The notes under the pieces are model-generated. The model worked only from the letters and a program-made list of their open reading frames with translations, ran no database searches and had not been told where the DNA came from. DNA of 64,000 nt from Strigamia acuminata (taxonomy: Eukaryota). A program made the translations under genes and the position numbers. The stretch is taken from assembly GCA_949358305.1 (NCBI GenBank), contig OX442314.1, positions 4,154,001-4,218,000 on the forward strand, written 5' to 3'. Below, in pieces: positions 10,261 through 22,533 of the stretch. The stretch's first letter is position 1. The number at the start of each line of letters is the position of its first letter.

Positions 10261-12309
10261 TTACTTCTTCTCCGGTGATCCTTGGGGAACATCCGGGGGT
10301 GGAGGTGGAGGTAGCTCTTCGGTTGCGGATGGTTCAGCCATCTTTGGAGTTGCGGATTTAACGATCGGTGGAGTCGAGGTGAGCCGCGATGAGCGATCAC
10401 TTGGGTCCTCAAATTCTCCGATAAAATATCGATCGTGGCCGCCAACCGGTTCGTACGCTGCGCCGACTCGTTCGTGTATCCAAATACGGGAAAGGAAGGG
10501 AGCTAGGCCCTGATTCGTGTGATGGATCTTCTGGGCCTCGGTTGGAGTTTTTGGGGCACGGTGGGCGCGTAACAGACGTTGGTGCTGAATGAAATCGACG
10601 CCCGGACCCGCTTCGAGAGTTCGCTCCATCCACAAATAGAGCGAATGACCATGATCGCTCGATCTCTTAATTTTGTCTTTCGTCCCCTGGGTCATTGTCA
10701 AGCTCGGATAATATGTCTTCAGATGCGCATCGATCGGAGGCAACGGCTTTGGCTCTATCCTTTTCTTGGGCCGCAGGATCTTCGGCTTTGTTTTCGTCTT
10801 TCGGACGACCGTTTTCGCGCCCTCGATCGGGACCAGTCCTTCGGGGAACTTTATCGTCTCCTCCGGAGCGGCTGTCTGGACTGTCTGGCTCGCCGACGTC
10901 TCAGGAAGAGGTTCGTTGGTTGGTATGACCGGTTCGCTTTGTGGTAAAGCCACAGCTCGGACTACTTGGTAAGATCGTTCCGGGTCGGCATCTTCTGTAA
11001 TTAATTGCGCGCGAACCTGGATACAGGAAGGAACTAATTTTAGCCATCGTTCGACGAGAGCGGGAGGCAACTGAAAACTTTCATGTGCGACGACTGCCCA
11101 GGCCGCCAGTGCCACACGGGCGTTTCTAAATGTAGACGCAGCCAACACAAGCGACATCATGTCGGTGATCACGACCGTTGTACGCGCCATTCGTGAAGGG
11201 TGATCCCGTCCAGGGCTGTTGGTGAACTCGATGGCTGCACCTCGGATGTTTGTTATCGCAATCTGCATTGTCCTGGCCTGATACTCGTCGACGTCGGACA
11301 CCATCTCTTTCGCTTGCTCGATTGTGGTTGTGTCGAGGAATGACTGCAATTCGTACGGAGTTGGGTCAAACTGGATTGTGGCTCGAGTGTCCGAAGACTT
11401 GTTATTGGAGGTTGGTCTTGAAGGCGTCTGATTAATTTCGTCGGCTCCAACCACGGCAGCTTGTCTTGAATTAATCAAAACTCGTTGAACGTCGGGTTCG
11501 GGCTCATCCCAAACAATCGGCGTTCTCGACGTAGAAATCTCGCTTCGCGTTTCTTCCGGTACGGCTGGGAAAATTGGTCCAAAACGATCTTGTCGTCGTT
11601 TGAGTTGTTCAAAGGGACTCAGCGACGTCGGGGTTCCGATAATTACCGTCTTTCGAAAGGCGCTGGGCAAGCTGGAAGGTACGCTGCTAACTGGTTTCGT
11701 CGGCGCCTTGATGAATACGCTTGATACTGACGTCAGACTCATTTCGATCGATTTGGTCGGTCGGTAGACAGGTTTCGACTGTTCGTTCTTGACTTTCAGG
11801 ACGGCTGCTACCATGTCGGCTTCGGTATATTTTTTCTCTTGTTCAGGTACGATCATCGGCTCTACCGATTGTTCGTGTTCGATTGTCATCGGCACTTCTT
11901 GACGAACTTCCACTTGCAAAGTTTCTACCTCATCGACTTCACGTGATTTCTCAAAGCGTCTCCATGTTTCCGCTCGTGGCCTCGATAACCTGAGGCATCC
12001 GCGTTGGTTCGGTCGATTTCTGGAGTAGCGGTATGTCTCGACTTCTCGTGGTTTCTCGACTCTGGGCTCTCGTCGCGGCGAGGGTTCTCGAGCGTGTCGG
12101 TAATAAACTCGAGGATGAGACTGCGATCGATCTTGCGTGTTGTACGACGTGCTTGGCTGATCCAGGCGTCGTCGCTTGCTGTCGTGTGTGCGATTTAATA
12201 ATTCGTTCGAGAGTCGCTTCTCCGCTTTCTGTCGCTTGCGCCCAAAGATGCCCAGGTAGTGGAGCTGGTGCATCGCTTTCTGTGAGGTGATAAATCCGTG
12301 TTCGGCCAT
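10261..12309 (-). CDS. Third ORF of family A, 682 aa, unknown function (not Env-like)
   Basis: Long sense ORF ending about 80 bp before the 3' LTR; no evident signal peptide or TM segment; shares a motif block with ORF3 of element C. Confidence 0.75.
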   Translation of the reverse strand: MAEHGFITSQKAMHQLHYLGIFGRKRQKAEKRLSNELLNRTHDSKRRRLDQPSTSYNTQDRSQSHPRVYYRHAREPSPRREPRVEKPREVETYRYSRNRPNQRGCLRLSRPRAETWRRFEKSREVDEVETLQVEVRQEVPMTIEHEQSVEPMIVPEQEKKYTEADMVAAVLKVKNEQSKPVYRPTKSIEMSLTSVSSVFIKAPTKPVSSVPSSLPSAFRKTVIIGTPTSLSPFEQLKRRQDRFGPIFPAVPEETRSEISTSRTPIVWDEPEPDVQRVLINSRQAAVVGADEINQTPSRPTSNNKSSDTRATIQFDPTPYELQSFLDTTTIEQAKEMVSDVDEYQARTMQIAITNIRGAAIEFTNSPGRDHPSRMARTTVVITDMMSLVLAASTFRNARVALAAWAVVAHESFQLPPALVERWLKLVPSCIQVRAQLITEDADPERSYQVVRAVALPQSEPVIPTNEPLPETSASQTVQTAAPEETIKFPEGLVPIEGAKTVVRKTKTKPKILRPKKRIEPKPLPPIDAHLKTYYPSLTMTQGTKDKIKRSSDHGHSLYLWMERTLEAGPGVDFIQHQRLLRAHRAPKTPTEAQKIHHTNQGLAPFLSRIWIHERVGAAYEPVGGHDRYFIGEFEDPSDRSSRLTSTPPIVKSATPKMAEPSATEELPPPPPPDVPQGSPEKK

Positions 12310-15151
12310 CGTCTATTAGATAAGCGGATGCCTTAATTTTGAATTCTTCTCTGCATTCTTCGCTGTAGACGTCGCTAGGGAAAGTTTCGTTGGTCAAGTA
12401 GTCATAGAACCTTTTACAGAAGGCGGTGTCGTTCTTCTGAGCTTCAATGAGCTCTTCGCGAGTCGGTGGGACACAGTTCGTGCCTTTACTCACGTGTGTA
12501 ACGAAAGCTCGCACAAATTTATCCGAGATTCTGGGTTCGATGGATAAGTCGTAATTTGGTCTGGCATCTTTTGCCGATTGATACGCCCTCATCCAATATC
12601 CGACGTATTTTTCATCGGAAGATTCCAACTTTTCTTTCGGCAGTTCATTCTGTTTTCTGAATTCCCACTTCCTGATCGGGGTGGGACAGTAAGCTATCCG
12701 AGAATCGTCGTCACCGTCGTCGTCTGGCTCGTCGGGTTCTGAGGCGGGAGCTCTAGAGAGCGCGTCGGCGACCGTGTTGTACTTCCCTGGTTTATACTCG
12801 ATTTGTAAGTCGTAAGCCATGAGCTCTAATTGCCATCGAGCCATCCGACCCGACGGTTCTTTAAGGCCCATGAACCACCTTAATGCCTGATGGTCGGTCT
12901 GGACGGTAAATTTTGTAAACTCGAGGTAAGGCCTGAATTTACGAACTGCCCATACGATCGCCAAGCATTCGAGCTCTGTCGCTGAGTAATTTTTCTCGGC
13001 GGCTTGAATTTTTCGGCTGATGAAGATCGTGGGTACTTCTTGTTGTATGCCGTCGATTTCGTGCATCTGCATCAACGCAGCCCCCAATCCGATTTTACTT
13101 GCATCCGTATGTAAAATAAATTCGCGATTCAAGTCGGGAAGAGGGATGGTTTTGGTGTCGATTAGCATTTGTTTGATTTTGTCAAACGCTGCTTCGCAAT
13201 GGCCGGTCCATTTAAATTTGATTTCGGGGTCTTTCGGCGGGTCCTCCTTTGGATTTATTTTCTGGACAGTCTTTAAAAGATCGGTGATTGGGGCCGCGAC
13301 TTCCGCTAAATGTGGCAGGAGTCGGCCGAAGAAATTTACCATTCCTAAAAAACGTTGTACCCCTTTCACGTCCGTAGGTGCTGGAAAATCGGTGATTGCT
13401 CGTACCTTCTTTGGGTCTATGGATAAGCCATTGACTCCAACTTTGTATCCAAGAAACGCAAGTTCTTTTCGGCAAAACTGGCTCTTTCCGGGGTGTACGT
13501 GGAGTCCGGCTTCTGCTAAACGACGTATTACTTCGTCGATATGTCCGATGTGTTCGTCAAAAGTTTGGGAAACAATAATAATATCGTCCAGATAAGCCCA
13601 GGCGTATTTATGCAGTGCATCGCCTAAGACTTTCTCGATTAGTCGTTGAAACGTTGCCGGAGCATTTACTAGCCCAAACGGCATGACGTTAAACATCAAT
13701 CGGCCCATCGGGGACCAGAAAGCGGTTTTTTCTTTGTCTTCGTTACGGAGTTCGACCTGCCAATATCCTTTCGACAGATCCATCGTTGTTACCCATTTAA
13801 ATGGGGCTAGTTCTCGAAGAATAGCTTCGATTGATGGCATCTGGACGGGGTCGATAACGGTAATGGCGTTTAATGGCCGATAATCGATACACAGTCTGGG
13901 TTCCGATCCTGCGCGCATGACGAGCACTATTCTCATCGCATATTCTCCTAATGCTTCGGACACTATCCCCTTGTCTAGTAAGTCTTGACAAATTGTCTTG
14001 ACGATTTCGCGTTTTTGGGGGTTCATGCCCTTGAATGGAACTCGTACTGGCTTATCCGTACTTAATTCTATTTCGTGTTTTACGTAATTCGTCTTTCCCG
14101 GTTCTTTAGTCAGGATTTTTCGATGTTTTTGTAGCATTTCTTCAAGTAATTTAGTCTGGGTTTCTCCTAGGTTCGCGTCCATGGCCAGATTGTGAGCCAA
14201 ATTGTCTTCTTGGAGTCGGGCGTTAAAAGATTTGAAATCGTAATCTTGCACAAATTGCTTCAAATTTCCGCCTTTCCATTCGTCCTCTTCGTCGTTTGAA
14301 TCTAGGAGTTCGGTAGGTATTGTCATTAGTCGGGGTTCCTCGCGTTTATCGATATAGTTCCAGGACCTCGTTATGGGGTTTGGCTGGATCTCCATGATGG
14401 CCATGATGTCCATACCCAAGAGTAGGACCGTGTCGTAGGTTGGTAAAACGATGAAAGGATGGGTTATTACGCCGCCCTCCCATACGACTTTTGTTGTCAG
14501 TACCCCTACTGGGCGCACTTCTCCAGCAGCGGTTTTTACGGCCACATTTTCGCTTATTCCCCGTAGTTTGTCGCGTTGTTTTTTGTCCAAAGATTCGTAT
14601 AGATCCGAAGAGATGAAGGATCGGTCAGCTCCCGAATCCAACAAACCGATGAATTTTTTGTCATTAAACTTGATTGTTAACATCGCGAGTGAATCTTTCC
14701 TCTCTTTAGCCAAATTACAATGTAAAATGCGTTTCTTTCGAGGTGGGGCCTCCTCGTAGGCGTGAGGTAATTCTTGGAATATTTCGGCTATTTTTTCGCC
14801 GTCTGCCGTATTAGTGGTTGGGCCACCATATTCGCGTTTTTCTGTGGTGAAGTAAGCCGTAGTAAAATAAACGACCTTTTTCTGTAGTTCTTTAATTTGT
14901 TTTTCTAACCAATTGGTGTTTATCCATTTGGCTTTTAATTCGTCTTCCGAACTTGAGTCGCTAATCTCTTTATTATTCGTTTCAATTTCTTTCGATTTTT
15001 TATTTTTTAATTCGAGTTTTAATTTGACTACTTCTTCCGTAATTACTTCGTTAATTGCCTGGTTAATTGTCGTATTCGTGGTAAACTTTGGGGTTTTGTC
15101 TTCCGGGCGTGCAGACAGATTTATTATTTTTTCTCTGTCTGCTTTAACCAG
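11951..15151 (-). CDS. pol: Pol of A2: protease-RT-RNase H, truncated before integrase
   Basis: LLDSGAD, RLCIDYR, MPFGLVNAPATFQR, YLDD, LHTDAS, TDHQAL, VADALSR; frame checked open from 14713 up to the slippery site at 15151; no HHCC or DDE motifs. Confidence 0.92.
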   Translation of the reverse strand: MVKADREKIINLSARPEDKTPKFTTNTTINQAINEVITEEVVKLKLELKNKKSKEIETNNKEISDSSSEDELKAKWINTNWLEKQIKELQKKVVYFTTAYFTTEKREYGGPTTNTADGEKIAEIFQELPHAYEEAPPRKKRILHCNLAKERKDSLAMLTIKFNDKKFIGLLDSGADRSFISSDLYESLDKKQRDKLRGISENVAVKTAAGEVRPVGVLTTKVVWEGGVITHPFIVLPTYDTVLLLGMDIMAIMEIQPNPITRSWNYIDKREEPRLMTIPTELLDSNDEEDEWKGGNLKQFVQDYDFKSFNARLQEDNLAHNLAMDANLGETQTKLLEEMLQKHRKILTKEPGKTNYVKHEIELSTDKPVRVPFKGMNPQKREIVKTICQDLLDKGIVSEALGEYAMRIVLVMRAGSEPRLCIDYRPLNAITVIDPVQMPSIEAILRELAPFKWVTTMDLSKGYWQVELRNEDKEKTAFWSPMGRLMFNVMPFGLVNAPATFQRLIEKVLGDALHKYAWAYLDDIIIVSQTFDEHIGHIDEVIRRLAEAGLHVHPGKSQFCRKELAFLGYKVGVNGLSIDPKKVRAITDFPAPTDVKGVQRFLGMVNFFGRLLPHLAEVAAPITDLLKTVQKINPKEDPPKDPEIKFKWTGHCEAAFDKIKQMLIDTKTIPLPDLNREFILHTDASKIGLGAALMQMHEIDGIQQEVPTIFISRKIQAAEKNYSATELECLAIVWAVRKFRPYLEFTKFTVQTDHQALRWFMGLKEPSGRMARWQLELMAYDLQIEYKPGKYNTVADALSRAPASEPDEPDDDGDDDSRIAYCPTPIRKWEFRKQNELPKEKLESSDEKYVGYWMRAYQSAKDARPNYDLSIEPRISDKFVRAFVTHVSKGTNCVPPTREELIEAQKNDTAFCKRFYDYLTNETFPSDVYSEECREEFKIKASAYLIDDGRTRIYHLTESDAPAPLPGHLWAQATESGEATLERIIKSHTRQQATTPGSAKHVVQHARSIAVSSSSLLPTRSRTLAATRAQSRETTRSRDIPLLQKSTEPTRMPQVIEATSGNMETL

Positions 15152-15157
15152 TTTTTT
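15111..15157 (-). promoter_or_regulatory. -1 ribosomal frameshift signal (gag to pol), family A
   Basis: A_AAA_AAC at 15157-15151 in gag frame, 8-nt spacer, 9-bp stem GCAGACAGA...TCTGTCTGC; the -1 frame is the pol frame. Confidence 0.85.
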
Positions 15158-15275
15158 GTCAGTTCTTCGAATTTAGCTGTTAGCTTTTCTAACAATGCGT
15201 CGTTTTTGGCGGCTTCCTTCTCTTCTTTCCTCTTCTTTCGTTTTGGACAATCTCTTCTCCAGTGTCCCATCTCGT

Positions 15276-17187
15276 TGTGACGGTGACGACCACAACTCCC
15301 ATTTAACAATGGTACCGGGAAGAGATCGCGATAAATAACAGTGAATACAATACGAGATAAATACAAGACAATTTATTGTTGGCAAACAATATGCAGTGAG
15401 CTAAATTATACATAAGACTAATGCCAACATTTGGCAAGTTAAATCAGCTATTAAACTATACAAAGAATTGGCCAACTGGCCCTAGAATAATATCACTACG
15501 GGTCTGGAATATGGGAGCGGTTTCCCCATCGCTCGACCTGATTATAGATGTCATCTTAAGCCGGATGGCTGTGTCCTGGAGTCCGATACGGCTTCGCTGG
15601 TTTCCTTGGTTCGCTGTGTAAACTATCGCACGTCGATAAATCGAATGATCTGAGCATTGCGGTTGACTTTGTCTACACCGCCACAACTTTGGGAGGATAT
15701 TGGTGTAAGTAAATGTATTCATTTACTTATCAATATTCCACTTATGAATTATATTTAATTCATATCGTTGTGAATTCTTATTTAGATATTTCGGGAATAA
15801 GTTGTCGTCAACTTATCGGTTATATTGAGTTCAATATGAGATTAAGTCTTCTGACTTGATTTTGGTCCAACTGGTTGTCGAGTTTAAGTTTTGCTGTTAT
15901 AAATAAAATGAAGATTAAGCTTCCCGTCGCAACACACAATTGCCATCGATTAGAATATACGCCTTGCCATGCAGAACGGTATCAAGCGTCCCCGGCGTCG
16001 CAGCACGGTCGTCCATCGAGTGGTTGACGGTACCACGTACACAGGGGTCGATAGCTCGCGGCTCCGCACAGCAGTTTTATCTCTCGCGGTACTAATAATA
16101 GACCGACTGCTTTGGCATCGAATACCATGAGAATCAGCTTGCCAAACACTTGGTGCTACTCGTGGTTACTGTAAAACAGACTGCTTTGGCACCATCAGGT
16201 GAAGGAACCGATTCTCAACAATACCGATGCTACTCGTGGTAACGGAATACGTTCATACCGAAAAAGACAACTTGGTCCTGTCCGGAGGATACTGAATTGC
16301 ACAACGGCGGGTTCTCCTTCGGCGTCGCAACCGTAGACTGTAACATTTATGCAACATAATAATCCCAGCACTTCGACTTCAATTGCCGGCGGTGGCATGA
16401 TTCTGTAGAATCATGCAACGGTTCTTTGCGAATAAATCAACAAAGAACCAAAAGGTTTTTTACGTGAACAACGAATCATACTTCTTAAGTAACAATACCA
16501 AACAGAAATAATCAAACAGAGCTGCGGAATGGCCGATTGTTTGGGTTTATATAACCTGACTGGATTTAAGGATTAATCCAGTCATCCAATTGGAACATGG
16601 GTTCCACGAATCCCTCCAATCCCGTATCACCGGAAGTGGATACGGAGGAGCATTTATGCAAATTATGCTAATCCTTGTTACAACCGGAACTGGATACCCA
16701 GGACCGGAAATGGGTTCCACCAATCAGATTGATCGGTTGACCGATTGATCGCTAAACATTCTGTCCCGCAGAAATGGAAGTTACATTGTATTTAACAATG
16801 TCAGATACTTAATATATATTTATATTAATATTTAACACAATTTATTCACTTGATTAAATATACGTTTATATTTAATCATGAGGTTTTCAAGTTCGTATTC
16901 GAATTTATCGCTAATTGCGATCGCGCCATCTAGTGGCAATATGGAGCATTGACAAATGCGGGTTTTAGCAGACGAATCTTCGTAATTATGCCGTGATACT
17001 TTAGTATCATGTGGAAATTAGTGTTTATTCTTAATAAACGAACATCTTTGTATTTGAAACATCATAAATGACTTTATTCTAGACATTTATCAGTTTTACA
17101 CAGAATATTGTAAAAATACCATCATATTGGCGCAACAGCGCTTTCTTGATAGAAAATAGGCATTTATAGCCATTGTAAACCGTCATA
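15276..17187 (-). repeat. 3' LTR of B1 (1912 bp)
   Basis: Direct repeat of 22790-24701; PPT adjacent at 17190-17197. Confidence 0.95.
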
Positions 17188-17782
17188 CATCCCCCTTAAT
17201 AACACAACTATATAATATTTTATAGAGTTTTCGTTATTCTCCTAATTAGCATAAATGCTATTTTCGGACTTGATGTATCTTGGAGATACCGTGACTTCCA
17301 ATTTCGAATTTGAGTTTACATAAACTAACTTGAATTATCTAAGTTCTGATTTTCTGCCGAAATAATCTTTTCTAATAGCCTAAATTCAAGTCCAGAATTT
17401 ATTTCCAAGTCTTCTTTTTGAAGAAACTTTCGTCATACATAAAATCATCATTTGTGTTATCACAAAATATTTATTTCATATGCCTAGTCAGATGTATCGC
17501 TATAAATATACAATAAATAGCTTTTAGATGATAAGAGTTGACAATTTAAGAATCAAAATGTCCCCCTTAATTGTCATGACCGGAGTCACTTGGTATTCTT
17601 TGTACAATTGACTAATTTTAATTTAAACTAGTTGTCTTTTAATACTGTAATATTACTTTTCGAGAATTGTTAATTTTAACTTTATATTTTGTCCCCCTTT
17701 TCTTTAGAAGAGAGGTCATGATTTTTAGAAGAGGATTTTCTGTTTACACTATAATCGGGGAATCTTTGTGTATCATATCATG

Positions 17783-19276
17783 TTAATCAACATGATTCTT
17801 TGCTAAATATTGAGCTCGCATATTTGCGAATTTCCGAGATCTCTCAGCCTGCTGTACTGATTTCTTTCGACGTTTTTCCTTTGGGCAGTTACATACAGTG
17901 TACTGACTTGGCAGTGTAAATGACCGTGACGACCCAACTTTTTGTTTTAGGTCATCTCTGGAAAACCATACATGAATGGGACCCTCATTGGAAAACCATA
18001 CGTGGAAAGGACCCATATTTGGAATTGTGAAATCCCGCAACAAACGAGGGGATCTATATTTGACTCTAAGTCGTGGAACTGATGATTGGAAACCTGGGTT
18101 TTCAGTCAGTTTTTGAACATGTTGGTTTGTATTTGAAGTTTCTTCATCACCAGCTGGACTTGGTGACCGAAAACGCTTTTTTGAAGTTCTTAATTCCTCT
18201 CGTTGAGATGAATTATTCTGGATATTGCAGGGTTGCTTTCCAGACGCAAATTGTTGTATCTCCGTCAGATTGACGACTGGGACGGGTTTTAGTCGTTGGT
18301 TACGGTATTGATTTCGAAATACGAATTGTTGCGCTTCGTTTATATTTTTAAATTCAGCTGAATTTAACTGGTATTGTTTACAATACTGTTCGAATTGATA
18401 CCGGATCTCCCGTGGGTTAGTCAAAAAACTTTCTTTTTTAGGTTTAAAATCATTCTCATTATCGTGTTGGTAATACTTTTTCAAGGGAAAAGTTTGCTTG
18501 ACTTTTTTTCGATTTGAAATGGGCGTTAGGTAGAATTGTCTTGGCTGGGGACTCTTCTTGGTAGACAAATCATACGTCCGCAAACATGAGTTTGTGATCG
18601 GCGATCGGGCACGTTGTTGTACGTTATTTGACTGCAAATGTTTGTTTGGAGTCCGAATATCTTTCCTTTGCGTTGATATTGGTGGCCCAAAACTTTTGTT
18701 TACGGTTCCCAATTCTTTTGATAGCGGTAGGTTAATCGACAGATTAAGGCTAGCCACATATCGTTGTGCTTCAGCTGGATTAGCATATCGAACTGAAATT
18801 AGCTGATCTCGATTGTAAACGAGTTTTAATTTGTTCTGAACAACCGACTGGTTAGTTAACGAACTCTCTGGATGAGAATTATTAGGTTTATAATTCTCTT
18901 CCCCCTTATCTACCGAATTAGGTGGTTTAAACTTTTCTAACTTAGATCCCCTACTGGATGTTTGAAACATAGTATGAGAATCTTGATTCACTAAGTTTCG
19001 GCTGTATGTTTGTGGATTCCGTACTGGATCTTGATGTGAAGATTGAGATTGGGTACGATCTCGCCAGTTCCTAGCTTTTACATAGTCTGAAGCTTCGATT
19101 ATATTTTTAAACTTGGTTTTATCCAGTCCATGACGATTACAATACAGAGTAAAATGATCGGGAATCTTTTCTGTTTGATCGCCAAGTGGTACAGAACTTA
19201 AATTTAAGTTTGTCTGCTTATTATTTCCTTTTGGATCGATCATATTCAATGGTTTTTGAGCCATAAAAAAATTCAA
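17783..19276 (-). CDS. Family B internal ORF, 497 aa, unknown function
   Basis: Only long ORF in the element; 4 aa differences from the B2 copy. Confidence 0.7.
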   Translation of the reverse strand: MNFFMAQKPLNMIDPKGNNKQTNLNLSSVPLGDQTEKIPDHFTLYCNRHGLDKTKFKNIIEASDYVKARNWRDRTQSQSSHQDPVRNPQTYSRNLVNQDSHTMFQTSSRGSKLEKFKPPNSVDKGEENYKPNNSHPESSLTNQSVVQNKLKLVYNRDQLISVRYANPAEAQRYVASLNLSINLPLSKELGTVNKSFGPPISTQRKDIRTPNKHLQSNNVQQRARSPITNSCLRTYDLSTKKSPQPRQFYLTPISNRKKVKQTFPLKKYYQHDNENDFKPKKESFLTNPREIRYQFEQYCKQYQLNSAEFKNINEAQQFVFRNQYRNQRLKPVPVVNLTEIQQFASGKQPCNIQNNSSQREELRTSKKRFRSPSPAGDEETSNTNQHVQKLTENPGFQSSVPRLRVKYRSPRLLRDFTIPNMGPFHVWFSNEGPIHVWFSRDDLKQKVGSSRSFTLPSQYTVCNCPKEKRRKKSVQQAERSRKFANMRAQYLAKNHVD

Positions 19277-22200
19277 AATCTGACGATTTTAATTCTTTAA
19301 TTTATAAAGAAGACGAATATAATACACTTTTCAACAAGAAACACTTCTAAACTTTACTTTTGACAAAATAAAATTAAACTTCGCGTTTGTTTGACACGTG
19401 TTAGCTTTTGCAGGTTACACGGCACACAAAATTCGAATCGTGACTGAAATCGGGACGGCGTGGTCAAGATGACTCTGGAACACGTCTTCTGGTCTGGTCT
19501 GGATGCGAATGATCAGTATCTGATCTGGTCCTCCTTTAATAGCAGGGGGCTGGGGATCCCTAGATCTCCCAACTTCTGATTGGCGGATGTTAGTGTCGGC
19601 CAATGGTATAAAGGACGTTACATCTATTTAGTAGTTCTCTACTAAGTCCGTTCCCTTCGAGATTCAATTTTACCGATAAAATAAAATTCCTTCGGGAAGA
19701 CATTCGTAAAATATTGTATTTTTCAAATGAAAATAAAATAAACTTACTTCAATCTTCTTGAACTTTGGGATTTTTACCAATCCAAATAATTAAATAACTT
19801 TTCTTCAAAAAATATTTTTCTTTTAATTATTCCGTTAGTGTGTGATATCGTTACAACCACAACTTTAATAAAGTTTTCTCAAACTCTCAATTTTTCTTAT
19901 TCTTATTCAATTATCGTTCAAATAATCATTCCTTTGTAATTGAAATCTATTTTCGATTCCCAACATTGTGTATTCATTTCCAATAGGAAGAATAATTTGA
20001 CCAAGTCTTTACTTTTTCGGGTTTAAATTCCATTTTTCGAGTGTGAAAAAATAAATTTTCACCATCCATCTCCCCCTTTTTTAACAAATTTTTTTAACAA
20101 ATAAAAATTCGTTAAAATTCTTTAAATTTGTTTTGCGAGAAAAATTATCTAATTCTCTAATCTTCCAAAAGAAAATATTCGAAATTTTACTTTAAACGAT
20201 AAAGTTATTGGTACAAATGTGTACTTGTTTTTCGGGAGAAAACTATTCGACAATCCTTTAGACTTTTGGGTAAAAATTATTCATCAAATCTTTCTTTTTT
20301 GATGACAATTGCTTTGATTTTTCGAAAGAAAATATCTAGCTAAATTCCACTTTTCCTGAGCGGACAATTGTTTTCACAATTAGTTATTCCTTTGCGATAT
20401 TTACGAAGGACGTGTCTTTGATTATTCGTTTTAATAATTTTCGTCCCCCTTATCTCTAATAACGAGATGTTTTTGCAGAGATCTTTTATCTTTTGAATGA
20501 AAGAATATTTAAATCTCAATTGTCGTAAATACCTTCATCTGCTGCAGCATTTCCTCAATTTGAACTTTTCAAATGAAAAGGCAAATCTGGAGAACTTTCA
20601 CTGTCAAACTTCTATTCCTATCGCGCCAAAATTCGTAATTCACTGGTTTGGAATTCCGTATAACACGTGACACAATAACAGTATCGATGTCACAATTAAG
20701 CAGTTTACTACTCGGTCCGCGCGAGGACATGTAAATTACTTTTTTCCGATAAAAATAATTTTTCTTTGAAAAATATTTGAAATTGATTTTTCACAACTAC
20801 TTTTGAATGAAATAAAATGAAGTTATTCCAACTTTTCGTTAATTGCTCACACATAACATTCCCTTTACTGTGGGATTTGCATCGAAATTCCATTTTTAAA
20901 GAACCTTTCTTTTACTTATCGCAAATAAAACATATTCAATCGTTTTTCTGATTAAACTTTAACACGTAAATTACGAACGAAATATATGATGACATTCCAT
21001 TAACCTTTAGGAAAATTGACTAAATTCTTAATTTTTAGAGAAAAATAATGTATCTAGAATCTTTCCTTTTCCGAATAAAATCTATGTTCAAAATAGAAGA
21101 TAAATCTTGTGCAATTCTTAGTTTTTTCGAATGGAAAAATACAACTTTTCATCAGCGGTGATTTATTTGATTTTTCCGAAAGAAAAATAATTACTTTGAA
21201 ACTTATTTTCTTCGTTTAAATCAGCTATCTGATTTTAAAGCTTCAATCCAATTAAAAAATATTCGCTCCGTAAATATTTCATGTGGCAAAGTTCATAGCC
21301 ACAAATGGATTTGTTATTCCGGTTTTAAGAAATCATGTGGGAAAATGTCCGATTAGATTACTAAAAATATTCGTTGTTTTTCAAACAGCTAAATTTCATT
21401 TAGAAATTCTCAAAATTTGGGAGACCCAAATATCGTTGGAAACTTAAAACACTGTTAAATTTCCGAAAGGAAAGATTGAATGAAATCCTTTTACTTTTCC
21501 GAGGGAAAGCGTTTATCGTGATTCGTAACTTTCAATGTAAAAAATACTATTCTACGTGGTCGGCAACTTCATTCGCCGCCATTTTATATTTTCTTAATTT
21601 CCATTGTCCCGAAGGAAAAAATGTACTTTTTGTGAAAATAGTTAATTCCTTCAAATAAAGGTAATATTCATTTCGATTTGCAAATCTTTTCTGCGAAATG
21701 GAGTGTGTTGTTTTTCTCCAACAACTAAATTATCTTTGGTACCGATGGCAGTGGAAAAATTAGTTCGCGACACTTAAATAAATCTCTACGAACCTTCTGT
21801 AACATTTCTCCGCTGTCTTTTATCTGTTGTCCGCCATAATTTCCAAGCATTCGTTCGCACCTTGCGTTGAAGGTTTGAGTAGCTTCCCTGCTGCGTTTGA
21901 TACGGAGATCGACGCGTATTGCTATGGCGCGTGGTCGCTGGCTATCGGTGTCGACGTACAGTTACAAGAAACTTAATTTCTTGTAAATATTTCCAAATAG
22001 TTGCGGTGTTTTCTTCGTTTTAACTTTTCAGGTGGAAAGATAAATTCGTAAGAAGTCCGCCTTCTAAACTTGTATGTTTTTAGCTTTTCGAAATAAAACA
22101 AACTTCGAAAAAAATATCTGTATTCTTATTTCACTCGAAACTTTTTTTTGATTTCTTATTTAAAATACTTCGTATTCCTTAAATTGTCGAACGAAAATAG

Positions 22201-22533
22201 TAAAGAGAGTTCACTAAACGTTTCCATTTCGTCAGTTTAACTTTTCACATGAAAATATAAACTGAAAATCTATTTGTCTGTTTTAACTAAAATTTTTTTG
22301 TTAATATCGGATTCAAGATTCGCTTTTGCAATTCGATCGAATTAATTTGCAACCTATTTCAGTGATCGTGTGATAGGTCTATAACTTCCGAAATTCCTAG
22401 TTAAAGGACAGTTTTGGTGTTTCTCAAGAAAATAAACATGGTTTGAAACTGGTCTGTTTTTTAACTAAATCTTTTAGTTAAATATTTATCTCAAAATTCA
22501 CTTTTACAATTCTATCGAATTTAATTGCAACCT

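Noticed and set aside
10261..12309. ORF3 as retroviral/errantiviral env
   Set aside because: No signal peptide, fusion peptide or C-terminal TM segment visible; same for 36156-38090
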